Positions 41,887 to 57,469 of a stretch of DNA of 64,000 bases are shown here, piece by piece. Within the stretch, counting starts at the first letter, position 1. Every line of letters begins with the position of its first letter. A model generated the notes under the pieces. It saw only the letters and a list, made by a program, of their open reading frames with translations, was not told the DNA's origin and did not search any database. Source of the DNA: the human T2T-CHM13v2.0 reference genome, Homo sapiens; NCBI RefSeq assembly GCF_009914755.1, contig NC_060930.1; one strand, written 5' to 3'. The position numbers and the translations under genes were made by a program.

Positions 41887-43042
41887 GTGGGGTACTCTTA
41901 GTGCTTTACATGATCTGATATAGTTTTCAAGCTTCTTTTCAAACCACTCTTCCACTTTGATTTATCTGCTCTAGTTATACTAGAATTTTCTCTATTTTAG
42001 ATTAAGGTATAATAGACATAAAGTAAAATACAAAAATTTTAAGGGTATGATTTGCTGAGTCTTTATCAATGTATACTTTCATGTAATCAATCACCACCCA
42101 GATCAAAATACAGCAAATTTACGTCATCTATACAGTTTCATCAGTACTCTTCCCAAGGTAAGTATTATTCTGAATTTCATCATTATAGATTCGTTTTGCC
42201 TGTTCTTGATTTTTATGTAAACCAATCACACAGTATGGTATCCTTTTGTGCCTGACTTCTTTTCCCAAACATACCATTCTGAGATTCATCTATGTTATTG
42301 CATGTATCCATAGTTTTTTATTGCTGTGCGGTATTTCATTATATGAATAAACCATAATTTGTTTATGTATTTGTCTACAGAAAGACATTTGATTTGTTTC
42401 CAGTTTGTGGCTACTATGAATAACATGGCTATTATGATTAGCCATAATTATATAAATGGTATTTTGTGTAAGTAACTTCGTGGACATATGTACTCTTTCC
42501 TCTTGGGTCTATGCATAGCAATGGCATTTATGAATTAGGGACTAGGAATTTTTCAGTTTTAGTAGATAATCCCAAATATTTTCAAAATGATTTTACAATT
42601 CTACCCTGCTGCCAGCATTTTACAAGATTTCCAATTGTTCTACATTCTTGTCAACATTTAATATTTTATGTCTTTAATTTTAGCAATTCTGGTGGATGGG
42701 TAGTGGGTTTCATTGTGGATCCAATTTGCATTTCTCTAGTGAGAAATTGATGAGCCAATTCTAAATTTGTGCAAAAGTACAAAGACCTAGAGTAGTCAAG
42801 AAGACAATGAAGAATAAGATGAAAGTTGGAAGACTTACACTACCAAATTTGAAGACTGAACATAAAGCTACCTCATGAAGATAGTGGGGAACAGAGAGTT
42901 CAGAAAGTAAACCGACACATACTCGGTTATTTGATTTTCAATAATGGTGCCAACTATTCAATGCAATGGAGTTCTCCACAATAAATGGTGCTGGGGCAAC
43001 TGCTCCTCTATATCAAAAAATTAATTTTAAATGGATTATTAC

Positions 43043-43183
43043 AGCTAGATGTGGTGGTGCACGCTGTAGTCACAGCTACTCAGGAGGCTAAGGCAGGAGG
43101 ATCACTTAAGGCCAGGAGTTCAAGTCAAGCCCGAGCAACATAGTGAGATCCTCCTCTAAGTAAATAAATAAAGAAATAAATAA
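43043..43183 (+). mobile_element. FLAM/Alu monomer
   Basis: Single Alu arm with (TAAA)n tail. Confidence 0.8.
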
Positions 43184-43374
43184 GTTATTAGACCTAACTG
43201 TGAAAGCTAAAACCAAAAACTTTCTTAAAAAGAATATAAGAGATATCTTCATGAACATGGGATATATGAGAAAACAGGACACAGACAGCACTAATCATAA
43301 AAAGGATAAACAATATCAAACTTAAGAACTTGTGGTCATCAAAAGACATCATTAAGAAGGTTAAAAAAAAAATA

Positions 43375-43678
43375 GGCCAGGCGTGCTGGCTCACGCCTGT
43401 AATCCTAGCACTTTGGGAGGCCGAGGCAAGTGGATCACGAGGTCAGGAGTTTGAGCCCAGCCTGGCCAACATAGTGAAACCCCGTCTCTACTAAAAATAC
43501 AAAAATATTAGCTGGGCGTGGTGGCGGGTGCCTGTAATCCCAGCTACTTGGGAGGCTAAGGCAAGAGAATTACTTGAAGCCCGGGAGCGGAGGTTACAGT
43601 GAGCTGAGATCGTGCCACTGCACTCCAGCCGGGGCAACAGTGCGAGACTCCATCTCAAAAAAAAAAAAAAGAAAAAAA
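43375..43678 (+). mobile_element. AluSg-like
   Basis: ggatcacgaggtcaggagtt diagnostic text; TSD AAGAAGGTTAAAAAAA on both sides. Confidence 0.92.
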
Positions 43679-44639
43679 GAAGAAGGTTAAAAAAATAAAG
43701 CAAGCCACTGGGAAAACGTGTTTGAAACATACATATCCGATAAAGGAGTCATATCCAGAATATATTTTTAACTCTCATAAATTAATAAGAAAAAGACCAT
43801 CTAATGAAAATTTAAAAAGGTGTTCAATATAATTCTCTTCTTAAAGGTGCCATGATCTTTCTTATACAAGCTGATTACTTCCTCAAAATATATTATTCTA
43901 TCCCCATCCCCATATTTTAACCCAAAGACTATACTGCATCTCCCATTACATGACCCCACTGCATCCATCCTGCAGTTCCTTATAGCTCTCATGACATTGT
44001 AACTATCTGCTTGATACCTGTCCTCCACAAGGAATGAAGGCAAGAATCATGTCTCTGGCATCAGCAAAGTACTTGACTCATAGTTAAATATATAATAAGT
44101 GGTTTTTTAAATGTAGGAAGGTTTAAAAGATCTTCATATAAATTGAGAATAATAACAAGCCATTATTAAACAGCAGATATGCTAGGAAAATAAAATAAAC
44201 TGAATTCATTTTAGGTCAGTGGGAATAAAAAATTAGATGCAACTATATTTTTAACAGAATAAAATTAACCTTATAAGTAATACATGGGACTTATGCGAAA
44301 TAATCCCTTCTTACTCTGCCCTCAGCAGAAGTGGTGATCATTAATATTATCTGTTTAGCAATTGGAATAACATTTTATGTCTACAGCTAATGGTAAGTCA
44401 GGATGAGTGAAGTATCTCCCAAGAGGAAGCTATGGGACAGTTAGAAGTCTCCTGTTTGGGAAAATCAGCCTTATAACATGAATGCCTCATTTCCTGCTTA
44501 TAGATTAGCAGAAGCCAGACACCATTTCCATTAATTTAGCCTTTATTTATTTACTATTTAATTAGGTACTTATTATGTGTTTATTTATATACTATTTATT
44601 ATACTTGACTTGAAAAGAAGAGTTTGTTTGCTGTTCTCA

Positions 44640-45668
<1,029 letters not shown>

Positions 45669-46099
45669 TCAGTGATTTTCAAAACTCATTTGAGTAACAA
45701 CACTTCTAAGAATCCAGTGAAAATCTTACTCCTCTTCTCGGAAAAATGCTCTTGGTTGTTAACTGACAGTTTGGCTGTTTCTTACCAGTTGTTTTGATTT
45801 ATATTAACTAAGAACAAACTAAACACTTAAAGGGCTAATATTTAATTCAGCCACTAGTTTAAATATTTTTAGTCCATTTTTACACTAAAAGCTTAGTATT
45901 TTTATCCGGATAAAAATATATATTGTTATTGTACACAACTCTGACTGCACAAATCACTGATTACTCCGACTGAATCAATCAATTTCCTTAAAATTAGGAT
46001 TTATAGATATAGGACAAACTATTCGGAACTTACAGTGTCAGTCATGGTAACTAATTTCAAATAGTCTTAGATTATCTATGTAGAATTAAATGCAATGGT

Positions 46100-46384
46100 A
46101 GACAGGTGCAGTGGCTCAGGACTGCAATCCCAGCACTTTGAGAGGCTAAGGCAGAGGGATGGCTTGAGCTCAAGAATTTGAGACCAGCCTGGGCAACATG
46201 GTGAAAACCCACCTCCAAAAACACACAGAAATTGGCCAGGTATGGGGGCGTGTACCTGTAGTCCCAGTTACTCCAGAGGCTGAGGTGGAAGGATCACTAA
46301 AACCCAGGAAGCGGAGATTGCAGTGAACAGAGATTGGACCACTGCACTCTGGCCTGGGTGACATAGACTCTGTCTCTAAATGAA
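46100..46384 (+). mobile_element. AluJ
   Basis: Diverged dimer; TSD TAAATG(C/T)AATGG. Confidence 0.9.
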
Positions 46385-46639
46385 TAAATGTAATGGAAAG
46401 AAGTAGTTTTGTGATTTTTATGAGATTGCTATCAATCTCATTAGTTACCAGGAATCAGAAATACTAGTCCTGCAACTCATGGGGCAATTTTAATGAGCTA
46501 TGGGAAGTCTGAATCTGTTTTGTTACTTAGTATGGACTTCTCTTATCTGCAGAAAGGCTTGTGGTGAATAATATCAATGATTATATCCATTCCCAGATCA
46601 CTGAATTGCCTTTGATTCTTTGTAGAAAAAAAAAGTTTA

Positions 46640-47660
46640 TGTTAATTTCCAGTTGTTCATTGCTAGTATACAGAAAAACAACTGAATTTTGTATACTGAT
46701 GTTGCATGTATAAACATCAAACTTGCAAAAAAATACTATACTAGTTCCAATAGCTTTTATGTAATTTCACAAAATGTTCCATATAGGAGAATCTGGTTGT
46801 TAATAACAGCAATTTCACTTCTTCTTTTTTTTTCTTATCTACATGCCTTTTATTTTTTTTCCTTACTCTAATCTCCAATAAAATGTAGAGTAAAAATGGT
46901 GAGAGCAGACATACTGCCTTTTTGTTGATGTTAGAAGAAAAACAATCTTTCACCATTAAATCTGATATTAAATGTGAGCTTTCATAGATGCTGTTTATCA
47001 GATTGAGGGCATTCCCTTCTCTTCCTAGTTTGCTGAGAGTTTTTTTTTGTTTGCTTGTTTTGTTTTAAATCGGGAATCGCTGTGGATTTTGTTTAATACT
47101 TTTTCTGGACCTGCTAAGTTGATCATATGGTTTTCCTTTTTGGTCTATTAATATGGTGAATTACACTGGTAGATTTTTGAATGTTAAACCAATCTTGAAT
47201 TTCTGAGAAAACTGGTGAATTAATATAACGAATTACACTGGTAGATTTTTGAATGTTAAACCAACCTTGCATTTCTGAGAAAACCCCAGTTGGAATCGAC
47301 TTTTTAATTCAGATTGTTAATGTTTTATTACATTTTATAAAAAAAAGTTTATAAAAAATCTATCTTTATGAAAAATGTTAGTCTGTAGTTGCTTCCTGTA
47401 AAGTCTTGGATTGATTTTGATTTTCATATTTGAGTAAAGCTGGCCTCATAGAATGAGTTGGGAAGTATTTTTTCCTTTTTAACTTTTTGGCAATTTTTGT
47501 AAGATTATTATCTTCCTTATATGCCTAGTTAGGATTTACCTATGAAGCCATCTGAACGTGGTATTTTTTCTATAGGAATATTTTTAGCTAAAAATTTAAT
47601 TTCTTTAATTAGTATATGACTACTAAAATGATCTCTTTCTTCTTGAGTAAACTAAGTATA
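46640..47660 (-). mobile_element. L1M ORF2 fragment
   Basis: gttcattgctagtatacagaaa...ttccctagtttgctgagagtt...gctggcctcatagaatgagttgggaagt. Confidence 0.75.
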
Positions 47661-50600
47661 TGTAGGAAATCTCCTTTTATATAGTTCTATGCCTGGCAAC
47701 CTTCAGCAACCTCGGCCTCCCTGGACTGCTTGCTATGCATCCTGAACTCAGGGAGACTGCAGTCTCCTCCTGGAGTCCTCCAGTTCTGTACCAGTCTGGA
47801 AACTATTTCTAGGCAATAAGCTGAGACAATCAGGTGCTCATCTCATTTGTTTCCATTGTCTTAGGATCACTGTCGTTCATTGCCTAAGTCCAATTTCTTG
47901 AAAACCAATGCTTCATACATTTTATTCAGTTTTTGTTTCAGGAAGGAGAATAGATTCAATCCTTACTTCATTTTGGCTGGAAACAGAAGTCCATTCTTAA
48001 ACTTTAAAAACATTTATCTCACCCAAGTTTGGCCAACTTGTCTCTCTTACTTTCTCCTTATTTTTTTAGTAATACTTTAAAACTTTGATACTTTTTAAAA
48101 ATTTTATTTTTCTCTCAGGAGGGGTGAGAAGGAAGCTTTCCACTGTTGTATTTAGCCTGATGCTTGCCTTATATAATTTTCACCCATCAGCTTCATTAAA
48201 GGTCTTCAGTGTAAGCTATTGGGATCAATTTGACAGTAAGACTTTGTATGATGAATGCATTCCATAATTGTTTAAAAAAAAATGAAGCAAAAGATTTAAC
48301 TGCTGTGCCTAATTCTTCACCACTGCACTATTCTTTGCAGAAAAGCTTGGAAACAAGCCATATTCTCTTTTGTTTTCTGTTTTTTTTTTTTTTTTTTTTT
48401 TTTGCCAACAGAGTGAGTTGGAATGTCATGAAGACATGTTTTTAACCATTTAATAGAGGAAAAATATAAACTCTTCTACAATTACTTAAGTAAAGCATAT
48501 ATTTGTCTAACAAAAGTATTGTAAATTCAAGTACTAAAATTTGAACATTAGATAAATTGTAGGTTTGACTTTTTAGGGGGCTGTCAGTGATGACAGAATG
48601 TTTAATACACAGGGCTTGCTCATCGCTTTTGTGTGCTAGTATGTACCCTTCTGGGGTTGACTACAGACTGACGAAGCTCTTCTCTCCTGTTCTATCCTCC
48701 AGCAGGCATTATACCTACTGGTAGTGAGAATATCATATTATGGAAGTTATATAGACTTCAGTGACAGGGAAAAAGCTGTGCTCACAGCAAGTTCACAGCA
48801 TATTTGACATTGCAAAATAGTTTCTTAACCTGGGACCAGGTACACGGGTGCTTTGGACAGTGTGAACATCTTGAAATTGTTTGCAAATGTTTGTGTATGT
48901 GTTCTTTTTCTCTGTACATGGACTCCATAACTTATTTGGCACTCAAAGAGGGGTTTTAAATTACTATGCTAAGAGTCTTCCATGTAGTCTCTTTGCAGAG
49001 TAGAGAAACAGAAAAATGAGACCCATTGTCAAAGTGCTATGGAACAACACCCCCCGTAAAATTACCCTCTGAGGGTGAATTAGGAATCCAGATCACTCAG
49101 GGCTCAGAGTGGACATTTTTGGCCCAATGATCTCTTGCTGTATCCCACATTATAGCTAATGGTTTAACAACAGGATAATCAGCTCTTTCAGTGGCTTAAA
49201 AATTGTAACTATATTGTATTTGGTTTGTATTTCTTTACTTGCGTTAAAAAATAAAAATAAGAATATATTCAGATGAAACTTTTGTTTAAGGTTATAAAAC
49301 ATTTCTAGGACACTGACATAAAAAAAGAGACTAAGTGACTCATTTACATGGTCTACCTTTCAAGGGAAAGCACCTAGATGTTAGTTTACCATATGTCTAT
49401 GCTAAATCATGAAGCCAATTTGGTAAGATTAAATGCACTGTATATCAAGACTTGAATGATTTTTTAAAAATCACATTACTCTTTCTCACAATAAACTGGT
49501 TTTTTTTCTATGTTTTCTTTTTCTTTCCAGCCAAACAGCACCAGATCTCAGAATAGAGACTAATCATTTTGATCATTCTATAATAACTCATTCTATCATT
49601 ATTCATGTCAGGAAAATGTTATTAGTTCTATGTTATTTCTAATAAACCAGAAGCTCTAAAACAGCTTCTGTTTATGATGAAGTCCACTTCATTATTTTTG
49701 ACTTGTTCTTATTAAGCACTGTCTTTTTTTTTTCAGCTTTATTGAGGTAAAATTGACAAACAAAATTTGTGTATATTCAAGGTATGCAATGTATGTTTTA
49801 CTATATGTATGCATTGTGAAATGTTGTGAAATGATTACCACAATCAGGCTAATTAACATATCCATCACCTCACATAGTTACCTTTTTTCCTGTGATGAGA
49901 ACACTTAAGATCTATTCTCTTGGCAAATTTCAAATAAATAATATATTATTATTAACTATAGTCATCATGCTGTACATTAGGTCTCCAGGACTTATTTTTC
50001 TTATACCTGCAAGTTTTTTCCCTTTGACAAACATCTCCCCATTTTCCTCAACCTCGGCCTCTGGTAACCACCCATCTACTATCTTTTTCTATGATTTCAC
50101 CTTTTTTAGATTCCACATGTAAGTCAGATCATGTGGTTTTTGTCTTTCTGTGTGTGGCATATTTCATTTAGAGTGATGTCAACCGGGTTCATCTATGTTG
50201 TTGCATATGGCAGGATTCCCTTCTTTTTCTTGGCTGAATAATATTCCATTGTGTATGTGGTGTGTATGTATGTGTATATACTTACATACATATGTATACA
50301 TATACACACACACATACATACACACCACATTTTCTTTTCTATTCATCTGTTGACAGGCACTTAGGCTGTTTCCATATCTTGTCTATAGAGAATAATGCTG
50401 AAGCAAATATTGGAGTGCAGATATCTCTTTGACACACAAATTTCATTCCTTTTGGATATATACCTAGACGTGGGATTGCTGGATCATATGGTAGTTCTAT
50501 TTTAATTTTTTGAGGAAACCTCCTACTCTTTTCTACAATGTCTGTAGCAATTTACATTCCCACCAACAATATAAAGAGAATGGGTTTCTTTTCTCCACTT

Positions 50601-50704
50601 TCTCACCAACACTTATTATCTTTTGACTTTTTGATAATAATCTTCCTATCAGGAGTAAGATGATATCTCATTTTGGTTTTGATTTATATACCCCTGATGA
50701 TTAG

Positions 50705-51218
50705 GGTATTAGTCAGGGTTCTCTAGAGGGACAGAACTAACAGGATAGATGCATATATAAAGGAGAGTCTATTAAGGTGTATTGACCCACATGATCATAA
50801 AAGTTCCACAATCTGCTGTCTGCAAGCTGAGGAGCAAGGAAGCCAGTCTGAATCCCAAAACCTCAAAAGCAGGGAAGCCAACAGTGCAGCCTTCAGTTTG
50901 TGGTCGAAGGTCCAAGAGTCCAAAAGCTGAAGAACTTGGAGTCCCATGTTCAAGGGCAGGAGGCATCCAGCATGGCAAAAAGATGTAAGCCGGAAGACTA
51001 AGCCAGTCTAGTCCTTCCACATTCCTCTGCCTGCTTTTATACTAGCTGCTCTGGCAGCTGATTAGTTGGTGCCCACCCAGATTGATGATGAGTCTGCCTC
51101 TCTCAGTTCACTGACTCAAATGTTAATCTCCTTTGACAACACCCTCACAGACACACCCAGGCACAATATTTTACATCCTTCAATCCAATCAAGTTGACTC
51201 TCAATATTAACCATCACA
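50705..51218 (-). mobile_element. MLT2A (HERV-L) solo LTR
   Basis: gtattagtcagggttctctagagggacagaac...caatccaatcaagttgac...ttaaccatcaca; 5-bp TSD ATTAG. Confidence 0.9.
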
Positions 51219-51724
51219 ATTAGTGATGTTGAGCATCTTTTCATATATCTGTTGGCCATTTGTATGTCTTCTTTGGAATATTTTCTATTCAGGCCCTTTG
51301 CCCATTAATTGGGTTATTTGCAACTGAGTTGTATGAGTTCCTTATAGATTTTGGATATTAACTCCTTAGTGGATATAATTTGCAAATATTTTTTCCGATT
51401 CTGTAAGCTGCCTTTTCATTTTGTTAATTGTTTCCTTTGTTGTGCAGAGACTTTCTAGTTTGATGTAGTCTCACTTGTTTATTTTTGCTTTGGCTGCCTG
51501 TGCTTTTGATGGCATATCCAAAAAATTACCAAGGTCACTGCCATGCAGCCTTTTCCCCTATGCCTTCTTCTAAGATTTTCATGGTTTTAGGTCTTATATT
51601 TAAATCTTTGATTCATTTTTGGTTTATTTTTGTATATGACATAAGATAAAAATCCCATTTCATATTTTTTTTGCATGTAGCTATCGAGTTTTCCCAACAT
51701 CATTTTAAAAAAATTTTAGTTCAC

Positions 51725-52050
<326 letters not shown>

Positions 52051-53487
52051 TCACTACACCTGTAACAAAACTGCATCCAACACCATTTTTTTGAAGAGGC
52101 TATTTTTTTTCCCACTGCATATCCTTGGTGCCTTTGTTGAAGATTGCTTGACCTTACATGCATGGGTTTACTTCCGGTAAGCACCGTATTTTGATCTAAA
52201 TCTTCCTTTGGTTTCATTTCTGATACCTGGGAATGCTTCTTTGATGAAAAGAAAGGTAACAATAAGGTCATCCAGAAAGAAATGTTCCATCATCCATTCA
52301 TGTTTTTTATTTTTCACGTCATGTCTCAGATTCAAATTACACTTACTTCTCCCTTTGGCAGTTTACCATTTTGATTTCTTTAATCCGATAACTAAGCAAT
52401 CTATATATCAAAAAAGAGTTTCCCCATAAAGAGTCAGTAATATACCAAAATACAAATATTTCAATAAGGAAGTATTTTATTTTATCGTTGAAGCATTTTA
52501 TTACACTATTTGGGGATATATTGATACCTGACTTGCCAATTGCCCCATTCAATAAATAGAGCTCCAGATTCTGAGTTTTTTTTAATCGTCTTTTTTTCTG
52601 AAAAAAATCATCCCTTTATATAGATTTTTTATAAACTTGTTAACTTAAATAATTATTTAAGTAAGTTTGTTCATTATACCCATTGTGTTGAGTGAAGTAT
52701 TTTTCACCCAGAAAGGAAATTATCATTTGTCTATGCAATATTAATACAAAACGTCAGAATTCTAAAAGGATCTAAATTTAATACCAGCAATTGTAATCTC
52801 AAAAGTAGTATATGATTGTAGGAATTTTAGTGTGTTCTCTTAATTTATGGACCATGATAATAATGACAAAGATGATACAGTCTGGTTATGCTTGCATGTG
52901 GCTTCTCTTGACTAATGGTGGGCAGTTGGTGGCACACGGGGCAAAAACAACAAGTTGCAGTATATTAGCATGATATACCAACTATTTTAAGATCCATCCC
53001 CGTGGAAACTTAAACAGATCAAAGGATCTGAATCTGATCTGTCAGTATCAAGCTACAATACTCCACGCTGCTTTTTTTTACACTAGGGTCCTGATAAGCA
53101 AAGGTATTTAATTACTCTTTAAAAATTAAATATCTTTACATAATGAAACTTTGCTTTACAAAAGGTCATACTGACACTAACATATCTAGGCACAATTATT
53201 TATAAAACAAAAATATGAAAGATGCAAGAAAACTATGTGTTTTTGACATATACATATATTCTATATAGGCTATGGAATTCTATTAAATGAGAGATTCTAA
53301 AATAAAAAGTTTCAATACTGTTGCAACTCTGAACTAGAGATCACCTAAATATTCTCAGTCAGGTCAATTGATACTGGAAGAAACTCAAGGTTATGTAAGG
53401 ACCAGTACGTGACTGGCTAAATTTACTATTTGAGTACTAATGATCTTGCCATCTCAGTTATCAGTAGCCTCAAAGCTTGAAGTTTCC

Positions 53488-53755
53488 TTTTTTTTTTTCT
53501 GAGACAGGGTCTCACCCTGTCTCTCAGGCTGGAGAGCAGTGGCGCAATCTCAACTCACTGCAAACTCTGTCCCCTGGGTTCAAGTGATCCTCCCACCTCA
53601 GCCTCCCAAGTAGCTGGGAATGTGGGTGCCCTCTCGGCTAATTGCTGTATTTTTGGTAGAGAAGGGGTTTTGCCACGTTCTCCAGGCTGGTCTCAAACTC
53701 CTGGCCCAGGCTCCCAAAGTGTTGGGATTACAGGTGTGAGCCACCATGCCTAGCC
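53488..53755 (-). mobile_element. AluJ, internally deleted
   Basis: gagacagggtctcac...tcaagtgatcctcccacctcagcctcccaagtagctgg...gagccaccatgcctagcc. Confidence 0.88.
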
Positions 53756-56739
53756 AAGCTTTGCAATTTTTATGGAACTGGGTCATTGAAATGTTTGAAA
53801 CTTGGAGATTTCTTCTTGTTTCAATCCCAACCAATTTCCAATCTCTATGAGAGTTTTAAAAGAGTCTCTATAGTGGCAGTGAAATTCACTTAATTATCAC
53901 CAATTGATTTCAATAGACTACCTGGTGGAAACCTCTCATAAGAACTTTAAAAACTTTTCCTAAAAGAAACTTTTAAAATATGATAGCAGAAACTCACAGA
54001 ACCTTCAATTAACAATGCATGAACTAATCGTGTCCTGGAAGTTTTTGAGAATGAAGAGAATAAACTTATTTGTTGAGCAATTCAACTGGACCCAGGTGTA
54101 TTTAATCCAACATTATTTTTTGTAGATGCACGTATTTGAAAAATAGCTGCTCTAATCACAACTAGTGGCCTGTTAGGATAGAAAAAGATACATAAATCCC
54201 TCAATTTTAAGATGTTAGCAATTTGGCATACTTCAACTATTTTATAGTAGCTTTCAAGAGGGAAAAACAACTATATTAAATAAAGATAATTTATCTTAAC
54301 TGCCAGTAATATGATTCTTTTATCCATACAATTATATGCCTTTTAATTTCAGCAGCAAATCAGAGTACGAGAGTAAATCTTCTGTGTGTTCCACGTCTAA
54401 TTTTTCAGAATTATGTTAGGCTATTATCAATTATGAATAATACCATGATAACCCACTGCCTTTCATAATCTATGCTCAAAGCTTGACCTCTGTAGCATCC
54501 TTAGATTTGACAGGAGAGTTTCTAGGCATATTGAGGGATACCAGTGTTTTCTCTGTACATCTTATTTGGGTAAAATCACAGGGTTTTATGTAAATTAAAA
54601 AATCACTTTTCTTAACAGTTAACTGGAAGCTTTTAACAGGTAGATGTTCAGTGTTTTAGTGAAAGGCTTTCACTTCACAAAAACAAGATGCCAATTTAAC
54701 TTAAAATTCAAACAGCAAATAACTGAGTTGAACAGTTTCCTTCAATACATAGGTTTGCACATGCACAGACAATGACAACTTACTGTCTTATTTTCCCTGA
54801 TGGCTGGTAAGTTTTAAAGAAAATATCAGTATGAAATATATTTCAACTCCAGACACATTAAATGTGAAGAGAAAAGACCTCGAATTGAGAAAATAGGGGG
54901 TGTCTCAACGACTTTTTTTTCTATTTTGTATGTTAGTCCGAGTCCTCAAATCTTTCATGTTCCTGTGGCACTTCTGAATGTTAGGTGCTGCAGCACATTG
55001 AAAGGGTTAAAGGGTTGTAGACTTGAAGCAACACTAAATAATTACAGTCGAATCAAGGGCACTTGTATGGTTAAGATAGTTATAATATCTCTAATCTATA
55101 ATACCTGTAATACAGTTATGATATCTGCATAATATCTCATAGTATCTATGAAAGCAAGATAGCTGTGAGGCAGTTCACTTGATTGTTCTTTTAATGCTAT
55201 GTTGCTGATGCCTGTACTCTGTAATATTCATTATGTAAAGTTGTTGTATCTTCCAATGGATGATTTTTTTTCTTTGACATCAGCTTAATGTTACTTTTGC
55301 CAGGCTACTTACTCCTGCCTTATGCTTTCCCACTTTACCTACTCAGCTCAGCAGCCCATCCAAAAGACATCACCTTAACCATGTAAACCTCATCTGTAGC
55401 AGGTATTAGGTGGGTAGTGAGAGATATATCAATGTCACCACTTTCAGGCAAAAGGAAAATTAAATTGGCTCATGTAATCCAAGGAAGTAACCACATCATA
55501 AGTAGATCAGGGATATAGCTAAATCTCAGGAAACTGGAAACATGGAAAGAGGCCCTGGACGAATGTTAATTATGTGGATGAAAGCAGAGAATTGTCTAGA
55601 AAGGGAATGTTAGGTAGACACTTCCAGATGTCCCATAGCAAAAAATAAAGTTTATGTATTGCTTATCTTCTGTGAGGACTTTCTGGCACTTCAGATAGGA
55701 AAATAGGGGTACAAATACTATGATTATATTCAATAAACAAAATGGTTTATTTCAATGGTGGGTCCCTGACACATTCTGAAATTTTGCTCTCCAATACTAA
55801 CTTTTGAAGGTTTAAAAAGTCACTAAATATGACAAAATTATGTTGATTTAAAATATTTCTTCTTTGATTCTGGGGTCATTTGCTCCATTTTCTACAGCTT
55901 CAAAACCACAAATATAAGTGAGTAGAAATATTTAATGCTTTTTAGTTTTTTGTCTATTTTCTATAAATATCTTGAGACTGGCCTGATTATACAGTCTAAG
56001 GAAGGAAAACGGTGTCAGAGCAAATCTTCATTTTATTAATAAAAATCTAAGAAATAAGAGGAAGTAAGAAATGTTGCTTCAAGTAAAACAGAAATAAAAA
56101 CCAAGCAACTAAAAACAACAAAAAAGAACATATTTTCATGAAAAATAAACTGGTGATGTGGGAGCAGAAAAGAGAAGGAAAATAATCTTGAAATAACCTT
56201 TTAAAGTCAGATGTATTCAACTCATCAGAACAAGGAAAAGATGACAATAAAAGTTTAGAGAGTTGATTACACCACAATGTCCACATCAACCCTATTATTA
56301 TCTCTGTTTGGCCACAAGACTACCAGTGACAGATCTAGAGTCTGAATCCAAGTCCTCCGGCAACAAATTTATGCTCTTTCTCTTGCTCTATGCTGCCTCC
56401 CATTCAAGCACATTACATGCTTCCTACATACTTAGAATGGGAGGTTCTACCTCCAGCACTTACTAGCTCAGTGATCATAGGCAAGTTATGGGAACCTCTT
56501 TGCACTTTACATTACTCATCTGTGCAGAGAATTATGGCATCTTTCCTGTTGTTATTGAGTTGTTGGAAGAAAAAATATGACAGTGCTTTGTAATAATAAA
56601 ACTTATACATATAAGGGGATTGTAATAATTAAAATTCATAAAGAAAATGGTTGATGAGATCGCCCAGCCACTGTTATCTTTGAGGACTCATGAAAGCAAT
56701 AGTTGGAAATAATTTCTCTCTCTTGATTAGACACACTGT

Positions 56740-57200
56740 GGAGTTAGTGTTGCACCCAGTTTTTGTCTCCTTACCTTAACAAGGATGCTGTGAAGTTAAG
56801 GAGTTTGGAGTAGATTAATAATATGATTAAAGTGTTGAATAAATAAGACCCATGAGAAAAGGAGTTTGAATTAATTAGTCTGGAAATAATAACTGCCTTC
56901 TAATACATGAAGCATTATTACAAGAAAAATATAGACCATTTCTCTTCTCTGAGAAATGACTTGAAAGTAACTGTGGACATATAACACAGACATAAGAAGG
57001 AATTCACTGATAGGGTTGAGAGTTAAATATTAAAACAGGATATAAGAAGAATATTTGGCATCTCCTTTGCTGCTAACTATTCTAGAGAAAAATAGACACA
57101 TCAATTTGTTATGGCCAAGGAGCAGATATACTTGCAATCAGGGAACTAGAAAACCTAAATAATTTAGATCTTCTTTCAGCCTTCAAAAACTCTACAGTTG
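56740..57200 (+). mobile_element. CR1/L3 3' fragment
   Basis: cacccagtttttgtctcc...aaggatg...atgattaaagtgttgaa...aagacccatgagaaaagg resembles the L3 ORF2 end. Confidence 0.5.
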
Positions 57201-57469
57201 TCTGGCTAATTCCCTGATTAATCACAAAAGAGGTAGGTAACAAATTTTTCTAATTATCCTTGTGTAAATATGCAGACTACCTGAAATGTGTTACTATTTT
57301 ACAATGTATGTAGCTTTCTTTCCTTTTTTTTTTTTTTTTTTTTTAAAGAAAAAGAGAGGAGAGTGAGATAGATGCAGACTCTGGTTCATGGCACATTATC
57401 ATCATTGATTTGAGCAAAGCAAAAAAAAAAAAGCAATTTTAAACTGATTTCTTCTTGTTATCATATTCT

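Larger units (their letters stand above)
41990..43822. mobile_element. Old L1M: 3' part on - (about 41990-42755) joined to an ORF2 part on + (about 42756-43822), interrupted by two Alu elements
   Basis: L1 3' end/ORF2 C-terminal text in reverse, then aattctaaatttg...gttggaagacttacactacc...aaatggtgctggggcaac forward. Confidence 0.75.
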
